From Phoronis australis (lineage: Eukaryota; Animalia; Phoronida), in assembly GCA_002633005.1 (NCBI GenBank), contig NMRA01000093.1, positions 415,322 through 479,321 of the forward strand: a DNA stretch of 64,000 nucleotides, read 5' to 3'. Below the pieces are notes generated by a model. It did not search any database. It saw nothing but the letters and a program-made list of their open reading frames with translations, and was not told the origin of the DNA. The position numbers and the translations under genes were made by a program. Of this stretch, positions 26,672 through 41,600 are shown one piece after another. The number at the start of each line of letters is the position of its first letter. The stretch's first letter is position 1.

Positions 26672-29600
26672 CTGCAAGATACGAGCAATTCCGTGTTTAT
26701 GAAGAATTCTGTGCCCTCTGTTGGTAGATTAGTAGCATGATAAGAAAGGTCATATTGCCTCACAGAGTATGTTCCCAGGGGAGATAAGGTTAAGTTTCAG
26801 GTCACATATAATAAAACAACTCTTAAGTTAAAACTTATTTGACCACAAGGTGTAGATACAACAGAAAGAATTGACAAAAGGTACGCTCTGTACCTTGCTT
26901 TTTAATAAGAAATAGTTTTAAATATTGTCAACAGAAAAATGAACAAGACCAATGGAAAGTGTTGAAACGCGCTCACAAATGCACCACAAGCGGTGTGCTT
27001 CCAGGGGTGCTGTGTACGGCACTATCAGAAATTTGACGTTAGACGGCGCCATCTAAACCTGCTCAAAGTTGAGAAGGCCTCGACTCTCTCTAAGACAAAA
27101 ATATTCGCCGACGAACTCCAAAGATACAGAGGAGTAGTCAAATCCGTGCATCTGCTCAAGTTAATAGGAATACACTTATCACATTAAGATCCTGCAAGGG
27201 AATTAACATATACAGCCACAGAGGTGAAAAAATGTCACTAGGGGGCACCACAGTAGTTGGATCCGTCTGAAAATCCATGTCAGTCCGGCTCTTGTCAGCC
27301 GGAACACATCTACCAATTTCTATAATGATCCTCTGCTCGATTTGACAGATACAGAAGCAGAGGAAAAACAATAATTAAAATGGCCACTAGTTGGTGCAGA
27401 ATACGTTGAACCCATCACAATAAATAAAGGTGCTGTGGTCTTCATAATAGAAATTTGTTTGCCCAATGTCATGAAAAAGTATCAAGGAACTCTCAAGCTG
27501 GAGGTAAACGTATAAAATAAAATTGCCACAAGGGGGCACAGCTGCAGTTGGATTGATCTGAAAGTGGTCGTCATTTGTTGACATCTCCATAGGAACACAT
27601 CTGCTAAATTTCAGAAAGATCTTGTAAAAGGTAAAGGAGATAGTCATGAATCCAAAATCCAAAAACAAAATAAAATTGCCACAAGGGGGTGCCAAATCTC
27701 GGTCTTCTCATCAGGAACACATCTCAAATTTTAATAATGATCCTTCAAGCGGTTTGGTGGATGAAGAGGGTGATGTGAAAAACCTACTCAATTTTTAAAA
27801 TGGCCACCGAGTGGCGCAGAATACATCAAATCCGTCCTAAAATCTGAAGGTGTCATCGTAATAGAAACCTATTTTTAAAATTTTATGACAATAAAAACGC
27901 CGCTATATGTTGGATCTATCCGAAAACGGAAGCCTGTCAACTTTTTAATTGAAACCTATTTACTAAATTTCATAAAAATCTGCCAAGGAGTTTCAAAGAT
28001 AAAGAGGACAACGATTGATACTAGCAGCCACAGCGTTTGTCGGATCCGTCCGAAAAACGTCTAAATGTAATAAAGATCCTGCAGAGGGTTCAGGAGATAC
28101 AGCAAGAGCACAAAAAACAAAACTGTCACTAGGCGGCGCCACAGTAGTCGAAGTCGGAAAATCATTGTCAGCCGTCCTCTTCATAGTAGGAACATATATG
28201 TCAATTTTCATAATCATCTTTAGAGTACTGGTTTGGTTAATAAAGGGGTGGACGCCAAACAAAAGACTTGAATACAGTAAAAATGGCCACCATCCGAAAA
28301 TGGGAGGACAGCGTCACCTCACTAATAGACGCCTATCTGTCAATTTTTATGAAAATCCATTCAGGATTTTTGAAGATACAGAGGACGGACGACGGACGGA
28401 CGCTGGACACTGGACGGCGGACAGGGATGACGGCATAATAAATGCGCCCGCATATAAATATGTGGGCGCATAAAAACTGGTCAGTGAAATAGTTAAAGCC
28501 ACAGCCTTGCCCAAACTATTTTAGCCCAGGTACATAAAATTGTAGACTGCATATGGGACCAATAATAATGTTACTGTTAGTACCTTCTTTGCGCCAAGTA
28601 TCCAGGTCAGTTTCAGTCTTGTTTCCTTTGGACTGGTCACAGGTCAGACGAACTGGACGTAGGACAGTAGAACTGCGACACAACATCCTCAGTTTTCTGG
28701 CAAACGTGTTCTCAATATTCTTTTCAAACTGAAATCATCATAATTTATTCAAAATTCTGAAGACTAACACCCAATTGCACCACAAAAATGCGAGTCATAA
28801 AACGGGCCAACCCATTCATGGAATTTTTTAAACCAAAATGGACACAGTCTGTTGAAAGTTATGAAGACCCTCATAAGATTGCACCACAAGAATATAAACC
28901 ACAGTTGAAATTCAAGGTTTTGAACTATCTGTTTATCTCTTTTTTCTTTGATTCTGGTCCTCCGCAGCAAAGCATCATAGGCTGGATATTCCTCGAGAAT
29001 TTGAACAGGCCATACGGCTTTCAGCATGAATGGTAGCACCATAGCTTACTCATATAAATTCACAACGCTTTTTCACCAGTAATACATTTGGGAAGCATTC
29101 AGTCAGCTGGGAGATCATGACCCGGCATCAAACTTTACTTGACTAAAAGATTGACCAACTACATTCTGCAAACTTCGAAAGTTTACTCAAAGCGTGACAC
29201 ACGACTGGTCTATTTTCGAGTAGAGTGTTACGTTGTTTGGCCACGGGTCCAGGTCTAATTCAAAATATTTGGACAGAAAGTGGACAGGCAATGCCTACCT
29301 TTTTAAAAACAAGGTCATCGTTTTGAGTAACAAACTCCTCTAGGTCGTTCCACACATTTGGCTTCAGCTGCAACAAGTTCCGCACCAAATCTTTTTTCAC
29401 ATAAACTTTGGCGATTCCTGAGCCATCGTCCACCTTGATGCTGCAGAACAAAACAGTTTGTGCTGTAACGGTTGTTGTTATCACTCTGCCAATCATAATT
29501 ATGCTCGGAATAAAATTGTCATGTATTAAGATTTTGTTTTGAACTGTTAGCCGAACTATGATGCCAAGGACGATCGAACTGCAACCGTATTTCGCGCGGA

Positions 29601-32600
29601 AGATGGGGTTGTCGTGTGAGGATGGCCGCGTCCTGAGGGGTCAACATGTAGTCATTCCTGAGCAGTATCGCTGTAGACTGATCGACGAATTACGTGAAAT
29701 GCCCGTGTGTACAGTTCGAGTGATGGCTTTATCACAGAGTTATTTGTGGTGGTCACGATGAAACGGCAATATGGAGGACTTAGTCCGCCCATACCCAGTG
29801 TGCATCAGTACGTGAATTACATCAAAACCGTCCAAAGTTGTCCATTGGCCACGGATAACAAAACCATGGCAAAGGATACATATGGACTATGTGGAAAAAG
29901 TCGGAAATGACTTTTTAGTAGAAACTGATATACATTCAAAGTAGTTGGAAATGTTGATAATGAGGGGAAAGACCTCCTCATACACCATTGTCAAAATGAG
30001 AAAAATGTACACGAGTTGATGTTAAACAAAGGTCCGCAATTTACATCATACAATGAGACCTTTTTGAAATGCAACGGCGTTGAACATGTTCTCATTCGGC
30101 TGTACCGAATGGTCAGGGAGAGCGCACGATGCAGGAGTTTAAAAAAGGCGATCCTCGTAAACCAATCGCTCATCGTCTATCAACATTGTTGTTTGTGAAC
30201 AGAAATCTCCCACATAATTGTTTCTAAAACGGGCCACCCGCACTCCTATGACAATGCTTAAACCGAGTTGGAAGGAAAATGCAGCGGCAAAGCAAATTCC
30301 GACGTTGATTTTCAAGTGCAGAACTTTGATGTGTATCAACAAGTGCGAGAGCTGGCGACAGTGCCAGATCACAAGGTATAACTGTTTGTCAAGATTCTAA
30401 TCCCACCAAAAACAGCGGAGCTAAAGTTAAACAAACCAAAAATGGAAAATGGCTGCTCCAGCGACCTCTTGCGTCTGATTTTAACCAAAACCAATAAGTT
30501 TCGAGCCATTCACGAAACACATTTTTACATTGATCCCATAAGAATTACTATCTTTAGCCTGCGAAAACAGAAACAAGACAAAAAAAAACAAATTTCATTT
30601 CACCAAGTAATAATGAACAGTCTACAGTTTTTGGAGCAAAGTGATGTGTAGCTGGTTATGTAAGCATTGGTTATGACCACGTGGTCAATGTTTTTGTTTG
30701 ATTTCTTAAGCTCCTAATTTAGGTGGGAGAAGTGTTACTTATTTAGACAAACCATGTAGCACTGGGTTATGCAAGGGAGTCGGTGTAAATTTGGAGTTTT
30801 AGACAATGAACCTAGTTCAACTTTCCTGCTTTCTTTTCAACCGATAACATCCGTGACACATACATAAAAATAATCATTGATTGCAGGCATTGTAATCACC
30901 ATCACTAACCCATTAATGGTAATATCAACAAAATTACAAGATTGAACTGCAATCCATGAAAATGTAACCGTCACACCAGGTATTAAGAGATTTTTCTCAG
31001 CCTATCAAAAAAGAAAAATTAAATTCAAATAGAGAGGACAGCCTATGAATGTAGAAACTAAATCTTAGGTACACACATTACTCAAGGGATGAAAAATACA
31101 ACTAATTCCAGCTACAATCCTCTAAATCCTAGTCCCGGACCAGCAGCCACACATAAATGTTCAAACATGGTGACTAAACTGTAGTCAATGAGTCTAGAAT
31201 CACCATTGCACCTACTGTACGTCTGGGTGAGGATTCTGGTTCTCGGGACTAGAGTTTGGCCACTGGGCATCGAGCATTTTGGCGCCGCAAGTGTGAAGTT
31301 TAGGGGTACCGGTCAGGGGATTTGTGCCGCAGTTTAGTGTCTGCAGGATTGAAACTGGGGTTTTTATCATAGTCTCGTAGCTGGAATTTAGAGACTCAGC
31401 CATGGAAATGTTTGTGCCCCCCTTGTAACAAGTGGAACAAAGTGAGAAAAATTCCAATCTTTAATTGACTGGTTGTTAACAAAACGTAGCAAAAACTAGG
31501 GACGACAAAATAATGAACAAATTATCTTGTCTGGAAACACGCTACAAACAGGAAATCAAGACAAAGTGCTACAGAGATTGCTTTAAAAACTGTCTAAAAG
31601 AATAACCTGGTTTTTTAGTATAAACATACATTAACAAGTTTCCCATCCAGCTGCCTGAGACAAAGAAAACCCTCAAAAGTTTGGAACGAATTTTGAAACT
31701 CCCTGAAAAATCTGCTAAACTGGTACACATGACCTATGCTTAAGGAAAATTACGGGGCAAGTGTTGGGGAAAGGCCCCTTACCAGGAGCAATAATATCCA
31801 TTCTGTGAGAATGAGTAAAAGTTTTCAGTTGAATCTTGTCTTCAACATTCAAGTGAGGGTAATGAGTGGTTGAAATCACCAAAACAAGGTTTTTAAAAAC
31901 TCAGCGCAGTTAAGATATTTTAAAAGTTTTATCGGAACATTTACACACCATGCCTCTGCCACAAGTAAACGGTCGTGGTTACACCCGTCAATTCGCCGTT
32001 TTGTGCACAGTAGGCAAACAGAGGTGAACTCGACTGAGTAGACTTCATCGATGAAGCAGACACAAACGANAGGGACGACAAAATAATGAACAAATTATCT
32101 TGTCTGGAAACACGCTACAAACAGGAAATCAAGACAAAGTGCCACAGAGATTGCTTTAAAAACTGTCTAAAAGAATAACCTGGTTTTTGAGTATAAACAT
32201 ACATTAACAAGTTTCCCATCCAGCTGCCTGAGACAAAGAAAACCCTCAAAAGTTTGGAACGAATTTTGAAACTCCCTGAAAAATCTGCTAAACTGGTACA
32301 CATGACCTATGCTTAAGGAAAATTACGGGGCAAGTGTTGGGGAAAGGCCCCTTACCAGGAGCAATAATATCCATTCTGTGAGAATGAGTAAAAGTTTTCA
32401 GTTGAATCTTGTCTTCAACATTCAAGTGAGGGTAATGAGTGGTTGAAATCACCAAAACAAGGTTTTTAAAAACTCAGCGCAGTTAAGATATTTTAAAAGT
32501 TTTATCGGAACATTTACACACCATGCCTCTGCCACAAGTAAACGGTCGTGGTTACACCCGTCAATTCGCCGTTTTGTGCACAGTAGGCAAACAGAGGTGA

Positions 32601-35600
32601 ACTCGACTGAGTAGACTTCATCGATGAAGCAGACACAAACGAATGTTCTACTGCACTTCTGGTCCCACACGTCTGCTAAGTTGTGCCGCGGAATACTGGC
32701 AGCATCAAATGTTGATAACAGACATCTGGAAGAAAGAAAATCATCTCATTAAACAGACAAGGGTGAAATAGACTATGGAAGACACCGTCTTCAGGCTAAC
32801 AATTGGCCACTGTCAGCTCCTCGCGTGAATATCTCACTGGCCTACAGACGAGTGCCCATGTGGCACTGGCCCCCAGACACCTGAACACTTACTTCAGAGC
32901 TGCTCTACCTTGGATAACTTAAGGTGCCAGACATGGCCAAGTCCGGTCGGAGCTCAAAGAAAATCTGTGGGCCCCGACAGCGTCATTGCGACGAATGGCA
33001 GACTTTGCCTAGAAGACCGGACTAAACATCTTAACTGCATGGCCAGGAAGGCTGAAGAAGAAGAAGAAGTACTAGGGAAGGTGCTGAGGAATATTAGAGT
33101 CAAGGGAGGATAAAACTGGTGAAAATTAGGAAAGAGATGAACTTAAATGTTCATCTGATTCCTTACTCAATGTTTGCTATGTGCACCACACAGTTCCACC
33201 TTCTCCTACCAATACTATGTGCACCACTCAGTTAAACCTTCCCCTACCAACACTATGTGCACCACTCAGTTCCACCTGCCCCTACCAATACTACGTGCAC
33301 CACTCAGTTCCACCTTCCCCTACCAACACTATGTGCACCACTCAGTTCCACCTGCCCCTACCAATACTACGTGCACCACTCAGTTCCACCTTCCCCTACC
33401 AACACTATGTGCACCACTCAGTTCCACCTGCCCCTACCAATACTACGTGCACCACTCAGTTCCACCTTCCCCTACCAACACTATGTGCACCNATGCCTGT
33501 GCATGATTGTTATCCTCTCACTGTGAATTCTTTGATCAAGTAATTTATTCAGCTTGTTTGTCATTTCAGATAACCAATGACCTAAAACATTCATTTATTA
33601 ATGTTTAATGAGTGACATAAAGACATCTGAATTATAGATGCTTGTTTCCTTCAACAGCTGAACAGACAAATGCAGCAATACACTTCATTCGATTGATATT
33701 TTTTCAAATCAACAAGGCATGTGAAATAAAAGTTTAGAATTTCTATACCTTTTTCTGAGAAGTTTCAGATTCATAAATAAAAGAAACATTCCTAAATTGA
33801 GCACTTTTCAACAATAATCAATAGTAACCAATACAAACCTTTCCTGGAGAGTGTTTGGGTTTTCAAAGCTTCGCACAACGACTGATGAAGTGGGTAGAAA
33901 ATGTGACGACTGCTTGCCAGAATGCGTCAGTTTCCAGTCAAACCCGTGGAATTCCACTACAACCCCCTCTACTAGTCCGAGAATGTACGGCCGCCCAGCA
34001 AGATTCAAGTAGACAATCACTTCATCATCATTTTTCAAGTCTTGTACAGTCAACATTAGCTCATAAGATGTTGGTAATAAGTCACCTAAAAGAAGGCATG
34101 AAAATATTTAAAACCAGCAAATATTTGTAATGACTGTTGGAGCCATTTATGTACAGTAGAGTATTAATATGAACAGGACAATTATGACTTTTTAAAACTG
34201 TATCTTTGGCACCCAACGATTACTCAAACCTTTTTATTTCACCTAGAGTGTCATTGATGCCAAACACTGTCTGGGTAAAATGAAATGGTTTGGTGCACTT
34301 TTTTAAAAACATTCAAGGCGTGCCTATAAGCAGAGCAACAGGTTGCATCTGAACAGTGAGACCCGCATGCATCTAATTGTGGAGATTTGGTGCACACACC
34401 TACATGGAAAACATTGCGGAAGCAAAATCTTGCAAAAAACATTATTTTGCATATACGCAAAACGCACTTATTTGCAAGGTTTTATGGTTTCACGAACAAG
34501 AAAAATCTGTTGTAAAACTTAAACGTAGCTGAATTGTTCGGTTTCTTTTATCATTTTTAACTGGTTTTGAACTGTTTGGAATTAAATTGTACAAATTTTT
34601 CAAACTTCAGGGGATGCCGATTAAATTTTTCCACAACTGGTGCAAGAAAAAGCAAGGACACATAGCTTAGAGGGTGTTTAATAGAAGGATCAAAATTCAC
34701 GATTTGTTTTGATGTATAACATACAAGAAATTTGAATTTAAACGTCTTAATCGCCAGGCTTGGGTCCAGCAACGTTAATTGGATTTTAATATTTATAAGA
34801 TTATATTATTAAAATTTCTTGTCACAACCAATCCACTCCATTCAACAAACTTTGATTCTCAGTGCATAATCTCCCTGTCACCTAAGAAACTCGAAAAAGT
34901 AAATTCCCAATCCTAAATTAATACTCACTCAACTTTTCGAAACTGAAAAGGTGATGCCAGCAGATTTAGCCCAAAGTATTAAAAGACGTACTATACGTGT
35001 TACCAAAAGATGGCACTTTTGTCATCTTCCACTCGGCAATGGGCATCAGGGTTTTTGAGGTCACTAGACCAACAAAAGTTACGACCTCTGGTGCTCCCTT
35101 CTGACAACAAATCTCGGAGACTGACAAAATAGGGGTGGCACTTTCCATAAATGCAGAGGACTGAAATAGCAGATACAAAGCAGTGAGACATATAAAATAA
35201 GATCTGTTGAATGAACTGAGACTTTAAAAAGTAGCTGAAGTTGAAAACAAATGAAATTTGTTTCAACACTTTGCTTAGAGTGTACAAATAAGCACATTTA
35301 ATCTAAGCTGATTACATATAATTCACCAAAGTTTCACTCCTCCTATTCCATTTTAACATAACCACAGTAAATTCAAATGTCATTATCTGTGTAAAACAAT
35401 TTGTTTCATCTTCAATAGGCATCGCGAGTAGTTAGAAAATGTATCCATTGACTAATTCTACAACAAACCTGTGTTCCATCAAAGAAATGAACTTTTTGGG
35501 ACCACTGATCACTACAAAACTGGTCTCAACATTTTCCTTATTGAAATGAGAAGTAGCTTGCAAGAACTGGGGCCTGTTTCATACAAAATGTCTGGAGACT

Positions 35601-38600
35601 TAAAGAAATGTCTAAGATAAAACCGAAATTCGGGCTAACTTAACACCGAAGACAAAAATTCAGAAAAGACCATTTCATGAACACAATGACCCCTTCTGGT
35701 TTTTGGTCTTAACAGAAATTTAGTCGTTTTTTGACAGACAACACTTTAGCCACCTGCTGTGAATTCATAAAACTAAGCAAGGCAGTGGGTGAAATAACGT
35801 TTCAATCTTGTTCTTGAAACTCTAAATGGGGATTTTTTACAACATTTTGGATATAATTGGGGCCTCATCTACTTGGAATGGCTGGAAAATAATGCACATG
35901 TGCAAGTTACCATAGTCACCCTGCTTTGCTAGTTCTCGACTCAAAAGCAGACGGTCATCAATTTGACATTGTTTAGGGACATTAGATTGTTGCAACATCA
36001 ACAAAATTTGCTCCTGAAGAGTTTACAGTCATAATGGTCCTAAATTTAGACCAAAAGTCCAATCCCAAGCCTACTCCGTTTCGGTCTTACCTTAGACCAA
36101 TTTCGGTCTAACTTTTTTGGTCATGAAACAGGGCAAAGACATTTCGGTCTTAAATTCGCCAGATTTGTGTCTAAGTTAAGAAAGAAAAGTTTCATAAAAC
36201 AGGCCCCTGGGCTCGGAGTCTAATCTTTGAACTTGAAATCGACATCAAAATTATTTTAGACAATTTCCATTCTACAATTATGCTATTGCAAAACATTAAG
36301 TTTCAATCTGTTTTCCTCTGTTCGATTATGCAACGTTTATTATGATGATTGTAGTCCAAGTTCCCACCTGATGACCCTTAGATTCGGGCTACAAACTTTT
36401 CATAAAGGCTCAACATTTCCAGTTTTGACTTGAAATTATAACGTCAATACTGGGGTCAACAATTTCAAGCCAGGATAAGACAATCATTCATGTAAATGAT
36501 AATGTACTTGACCACAGAATAAGAGAAATATAGAAAGGAAAATGTTAAAAATAACTTTGAGTTCAATTTCAAGGACAAAGATTAGACCCTGAGCCCTGAA
36601 GTCCGTAAGTTAAGATCACAGTGAACTTCAGGCAATATTATATTCTATCATAAAATTGATAAAACTTAAGATTGTCTTAACAAGTTTAAGATGAATTTTG
36701 TCTTAGCTAAGACAGTTTTCTTGGTACCAGACCCTGGTTTACAAGTACACAATTCTTCTTTTGGTATGTTTTATAGTCAGAAGGTAAAATTATCTTTAAA
36801 TATAACTCACCTCTGTAGAATCATTGTTAGAGCTTAGCATCATCGTTGGTGTAAACGCAATCACAGGATTTGCATTTTCTGCTCTAAGCCATTGAGTTGA
36901 CACTATAGTGTCATCTTGAAGAGATTGAAGATCATCTAAGCATCTGGATGTGAGGCGATAAGAGCATCCCTGGTGCATCATGGGAAACCAGGATACGTTG
37001 TCACCAGAAAAGGACAATGTAATAGCCTTCCCATCAGTCATCAGTGAGGAATTTAGGTAGTAAGAATGCTCGTTTCCTACACAAATATTTGTAGGTCCAA
37101 CAAGCATGCATTTCAGATAAAATCTCAACTCAGATGTGTTGGAGCGGGTTCCATACGAGAACAGTGAAGTTAGATGGGTCACATAGAGATTTTGGGAAAA
37201 CTCAGTGAACGTAGATTGTACTAATGAAGTCATATCAGTACACTGGCGTTTAATTCTTGGTTTCTGCGCACACAACGGAAGATCACAACAATCGATGTCT
37301 TTTTCACGATCAGTATTTTGTGACAAACACGCAGCTCCAGGTTCATGAACAACTGCATGCTTGTTTCCACCGCCATCCTCTATCACTGTACTGTCTTTAT
37401 CTTGCTCTCCAGACAATATGACTGTATCGCACATGGAAAACGACAAATAAATTTTTGAACTTTCAGACCGTTCACTGTCACACTGAGTAGAACTTTGATT
37501 CTGACTGTTTGCAATGTTCAAAATTTCACCAATGCAGACAAACTGTTTCAGCATGACTATGGAGTTGTTGTGGCATACATGGAAGTACGGACAGTCGTCT
37601 CCTTTGTTTGTACCACAGGTGGCAGCACATATATGGTGTTTGTTCTGTGTTCCATTGCCTGTGACAACTACTGGTATTGAACCTGTAGGAGACAGCACAA
37701 AGATGATAAACGCATATGAAATCAAATGCAAGTTTCTTCAAAAACAACACAAATGGTATTTAAGGCTAAAAAAGCATTGTTGATTACTGTCTGTACACAA
37801 ACACATTTTGATACCTGCGTCCAAGGAGAATAACAAGAGCAGCGCATTACGTGGATATGCGTCAACAGTGTACAGCAAATGCACAAGGAAACAACACAAC
37901 TGAAGCTGCAAAAGTCAGAATTAACAGAAAATATTGATACTATATCTTTTAAAAACTAACATCAAATGAAAAACTTTAAAAACTAAACAACTTTCAAAAT
38001 ATTGTAAGAATTCTAAAAGGTCATAACAGAGGTCATAGGTGCTTCAATTTAAGAGCAGCTGAAACCACAGTAAAACATGTTTTTTTAAAATAACCTATTA
38101 ATTTTTAAAAGACAACTTCACTGGAAAGTGTTCTTGATTAACAAATAATATGGAAGAAAAACACAATAAAATAAATATGTATTGTATTTACCTGTTTGGT
38201 CTGCAAGTAGAATGGTGCCAGTTTTGGTAACTTTCAAACATCCCACTATCACCTGAAGAAATGTTTTGAATGGATTACATAAACATTTCATATGGGCTTG
38301 GGATTGGATCACTTTAACATTAATCAAAATACTTTTTAATTCTGTACACAATTATTTTTCTTAAGTTCAGCGGCAGTGCTCGTTATTTAGAAATAAATGC
38401 CAATTTTCCTCATTAATCATGACTTGCACACAAGTGGTGTTCAAAACCCTGCAAATGCATTCATAAAGAAAAACACTATTTTCTCAAACCAAAAACTGGT
38501 ACAATTTCACGTTCAATGACAAATTTCCGCTAAGTGGAAGAGAAAGTCTTAAGTCTGATAATGATAATTGTAATTATAAGCAATGGTACAAACATTGAGT

Positions 38601-41600
38601 CTACAATTAATGGAAATAAAAATGACCATCTCTTTTTATAATCAGAAAGCTAGGGCTTTGAGAGAAGAGGTGCTCTCTGTGTGTATACTCTGAATATACA
38701 TTTATGTATTTATGTACGTGTAGGCAATGCCTAAGATGTTCAATAAATTATGTTGAATTGGCAGCGAGGTAGTCAACTTACCGGTGACATTAAGTCATGT
38801 GACGGCACCTGTACTGCAACCAGTTCAGTCTTACTTGTGCACTCCCTCGTACTAAGTCTGTTTCCTATGGCATATTTGATTTGTTTGTTAACAGTCTCAA
38901 GGCTGGGAAAGTCTGGTAAAGTTTTTCCCAAAAATGTCAGCGGACAGCTGTGCGGCTCTGACCAGACCTCGGACAAAATTTGTCGGGACATCTTCTCACG
39001 ACCAAATCCATCTTCATGAGGACAATGGTTTTTAAAAATACTTTTGAAAATCTCACAGCAAGAGTCCACACTGAAATATAAGTAAGCACAGACTGTTATG
39101 TATGTTGATCATGCACTTCATGGTGTTTAGCTGGCTATAAAAAACAGAAATCAAATTGAGACTCTTACTCTCATAAAATCAGTGTGATACTATTCCTTAG
39201 TATGATTCTATTTCCATCACCAACAAGATGTATGCCGATTCCTCCAGACAGTCATTCACAGGCAGTACAGAGGCTGTGCTAAAGCTACGGATTGAAAGCT
39301 GTCAGTTCGAGGCATCGGGCTGCTCAGGCAATGTATTTCACTATCCCACTTCAAAATTCGCTACACACATCAGTCTCGCCAGCTCAAAACTTTCACTAGA
39401 CAGAGGCCAAATTTCACAAGTCCGAGTCTGGTGCATTTCTATACCCCTGCTCGAGTTGCTGGATCATTCGGCAAGAATTCCAACTTCAAATGAGTGTGGT
39501 AATGTGTTTTGGTTAAAAAGTCAACACTGGTAAATAAACAGGAGTGAAAAAGCCCTTTAAATGATGCTCTTTCATACAGAATTCCAGCTAGTTGTCAATC
39601 AAAACTGGCCTTTACTTAAAGCTCAAAATCAATGTGCATCACAAAACAGTGATTTATGGAAATGCGTTTCAATCACTGTGGTGTTGTTTCATATGAGATA
39701 CCAAGGTAATATCCAGCTACCTTTCCAAATAGGCATCTTAGCAACAGCTGAGAGTCTGACAAAAGTTGATGACTACTGGGTAGTCAAGAAGCACTTAACC
39801 GTTTGTAACTCAACACTAGCATTGCAAGAATAGAACCACTTGTCGCCAACATCATCACTAAAGAAGACATCATATCAAAATAGGTTCCAAGACAGTGAAA
39901 TCAATTCTGTGATTTCGGTAAAGAAAGTACCCTCTGAAATCAGAGGGAAGCATCCTTAGAACATTCAGGTTTCAGAATATGACCTGAAGAACTCCCAAAC
40001 CTGCCTATCATAGCGAACAGTCTTACCAGAACATAACATAGAGACCATGTCATGAAAAACTGAGATTCAGAATCAAGCTTCTCTACTAAACCAAAGTTTT
40101 CGAGTTGTGGTATCAGTTGTCATTTCAACACTCACACAGGCACACAATAGCAGTGTTCTCCACAACCAGCTTTGACTCATCACTGCGTCAATTTTGAAAT
40201 TTGCTCTGACGAGTTTGGCTTAATTGCATTAAGTTTAAAATCCTATTGAACGAGTTTGCAGTGTTGGGAGATTTGTCATTTCTTAAGAAATCAGGATATT
40301 TTAGACTTTCGGTTGCAGTTCAATGCACTTATTTGGTAATTCTGTCGAAGTTTGAATTTTCTTTTGTGGAGAACACTGAACAGTAGGATCCAGTCAATAC
40401 CAATACTCCAGCTCCACAAACACAAGGACGCTTTGACAATTGCTTGGTGTGGTCTTCCAATCAAAAGATTACCACCTGACTAAGCAGAGAGTGAATGGAC
40501 ACACCTCATGAAAGACGGAGAGAATTTCTGCTGTAATGTGTGCTCGACCACCAACAACTGCTTGAAGTCCTCACCACCCAGACTGTACAAAGTGACAGGC
40601 ATCACAGGCAAACAAGAGTTGTACACAAACGGCTGTAATATATCATCAACAGCACTTTAGGAGATCATTCATGTAAAATTAGAGATTTCAAGATCACAGC
40701 AATTAATCACATCACAGGCTTTACCTTAGTTTTCCAAATGCAGTATTCTTTAACTCTATTAATGGTAGAATTCTTCAGAAATTTTGTAACATTTTCATTG
40801 TGTTGAACTTAGCCCAGCCTCATTCTAACTGCAACAGGGCAGAGAAAAGTTGAATTTTATATGTCACCACAAATAATTGTGTAGTTTTAAGTAATAACTC
40901 TGATCACTGATTTTTTACAATAAAGACAAGCCAATGTTCGCAAAGCTCTGAGAATACCTTTGGTTCTCAGTTTGTGGGATTAGGCACATTCTTACCAGTG
41001 TTACTGGCTACAGCAGAAAACGAAAAATTGTACAGAACTTTGAACCCACCTTGGATGGTGTGTCATACGGGGAGAATTTCAGCACTTTCACACTTCCCAT
41101 CATGCAGCAGTACACAGATGGTGATGACCCCTATAGGCAGATGAAGAATACCACCCAGTTACAAAGCATCATTTCAGATATTTCAGGTAACATGATGTGA
41201 GCACTGTAAATTATAACAGGTAGCACAAAGAACTCTGCAGATCACCGTGCAACAATAGCAACTGATCATGTGGATACGTTGAATCTTACTGTCACTCGGA
41301 AGGCATAAGGAGCTTTGGTTTTGCAGTTAGGGAGCGTTATCGTTTAACCACAATAAACCAGGTTATGGGCCGAGATCTAATCTTTGTACTCTAAATTGAA
41401 CTCGATATTATTTTTAATATATTCCATTCTACCTTGGTATGAACTCAAGATAAGTGTCTATTATTCTGCGCTCAATTATACCAAGGTGTACGTGGATGAC
41501 TCTGTATGTAATCAAAGTGATTGATTTTGCACTTAATGACCCCAACATTAACGGTTTAAGTTAGAGTCTGAACTCAGTAAACCTTATTAATAGAGTTTGA

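Noticed and set aside
31498-32069. Apparent duplicated or alternative CTC1 exon 11
   Set aside because: The copy abuts an n, lacks the exon's acceptor and 5' part, and differs at only two visible sites; most likely an allelic contig overlap.
33174-33543. Three overlapping repetitive ORFs
   Set aside because: By-product of a stop-free minisatellite, antisense within a CTC1 intron.
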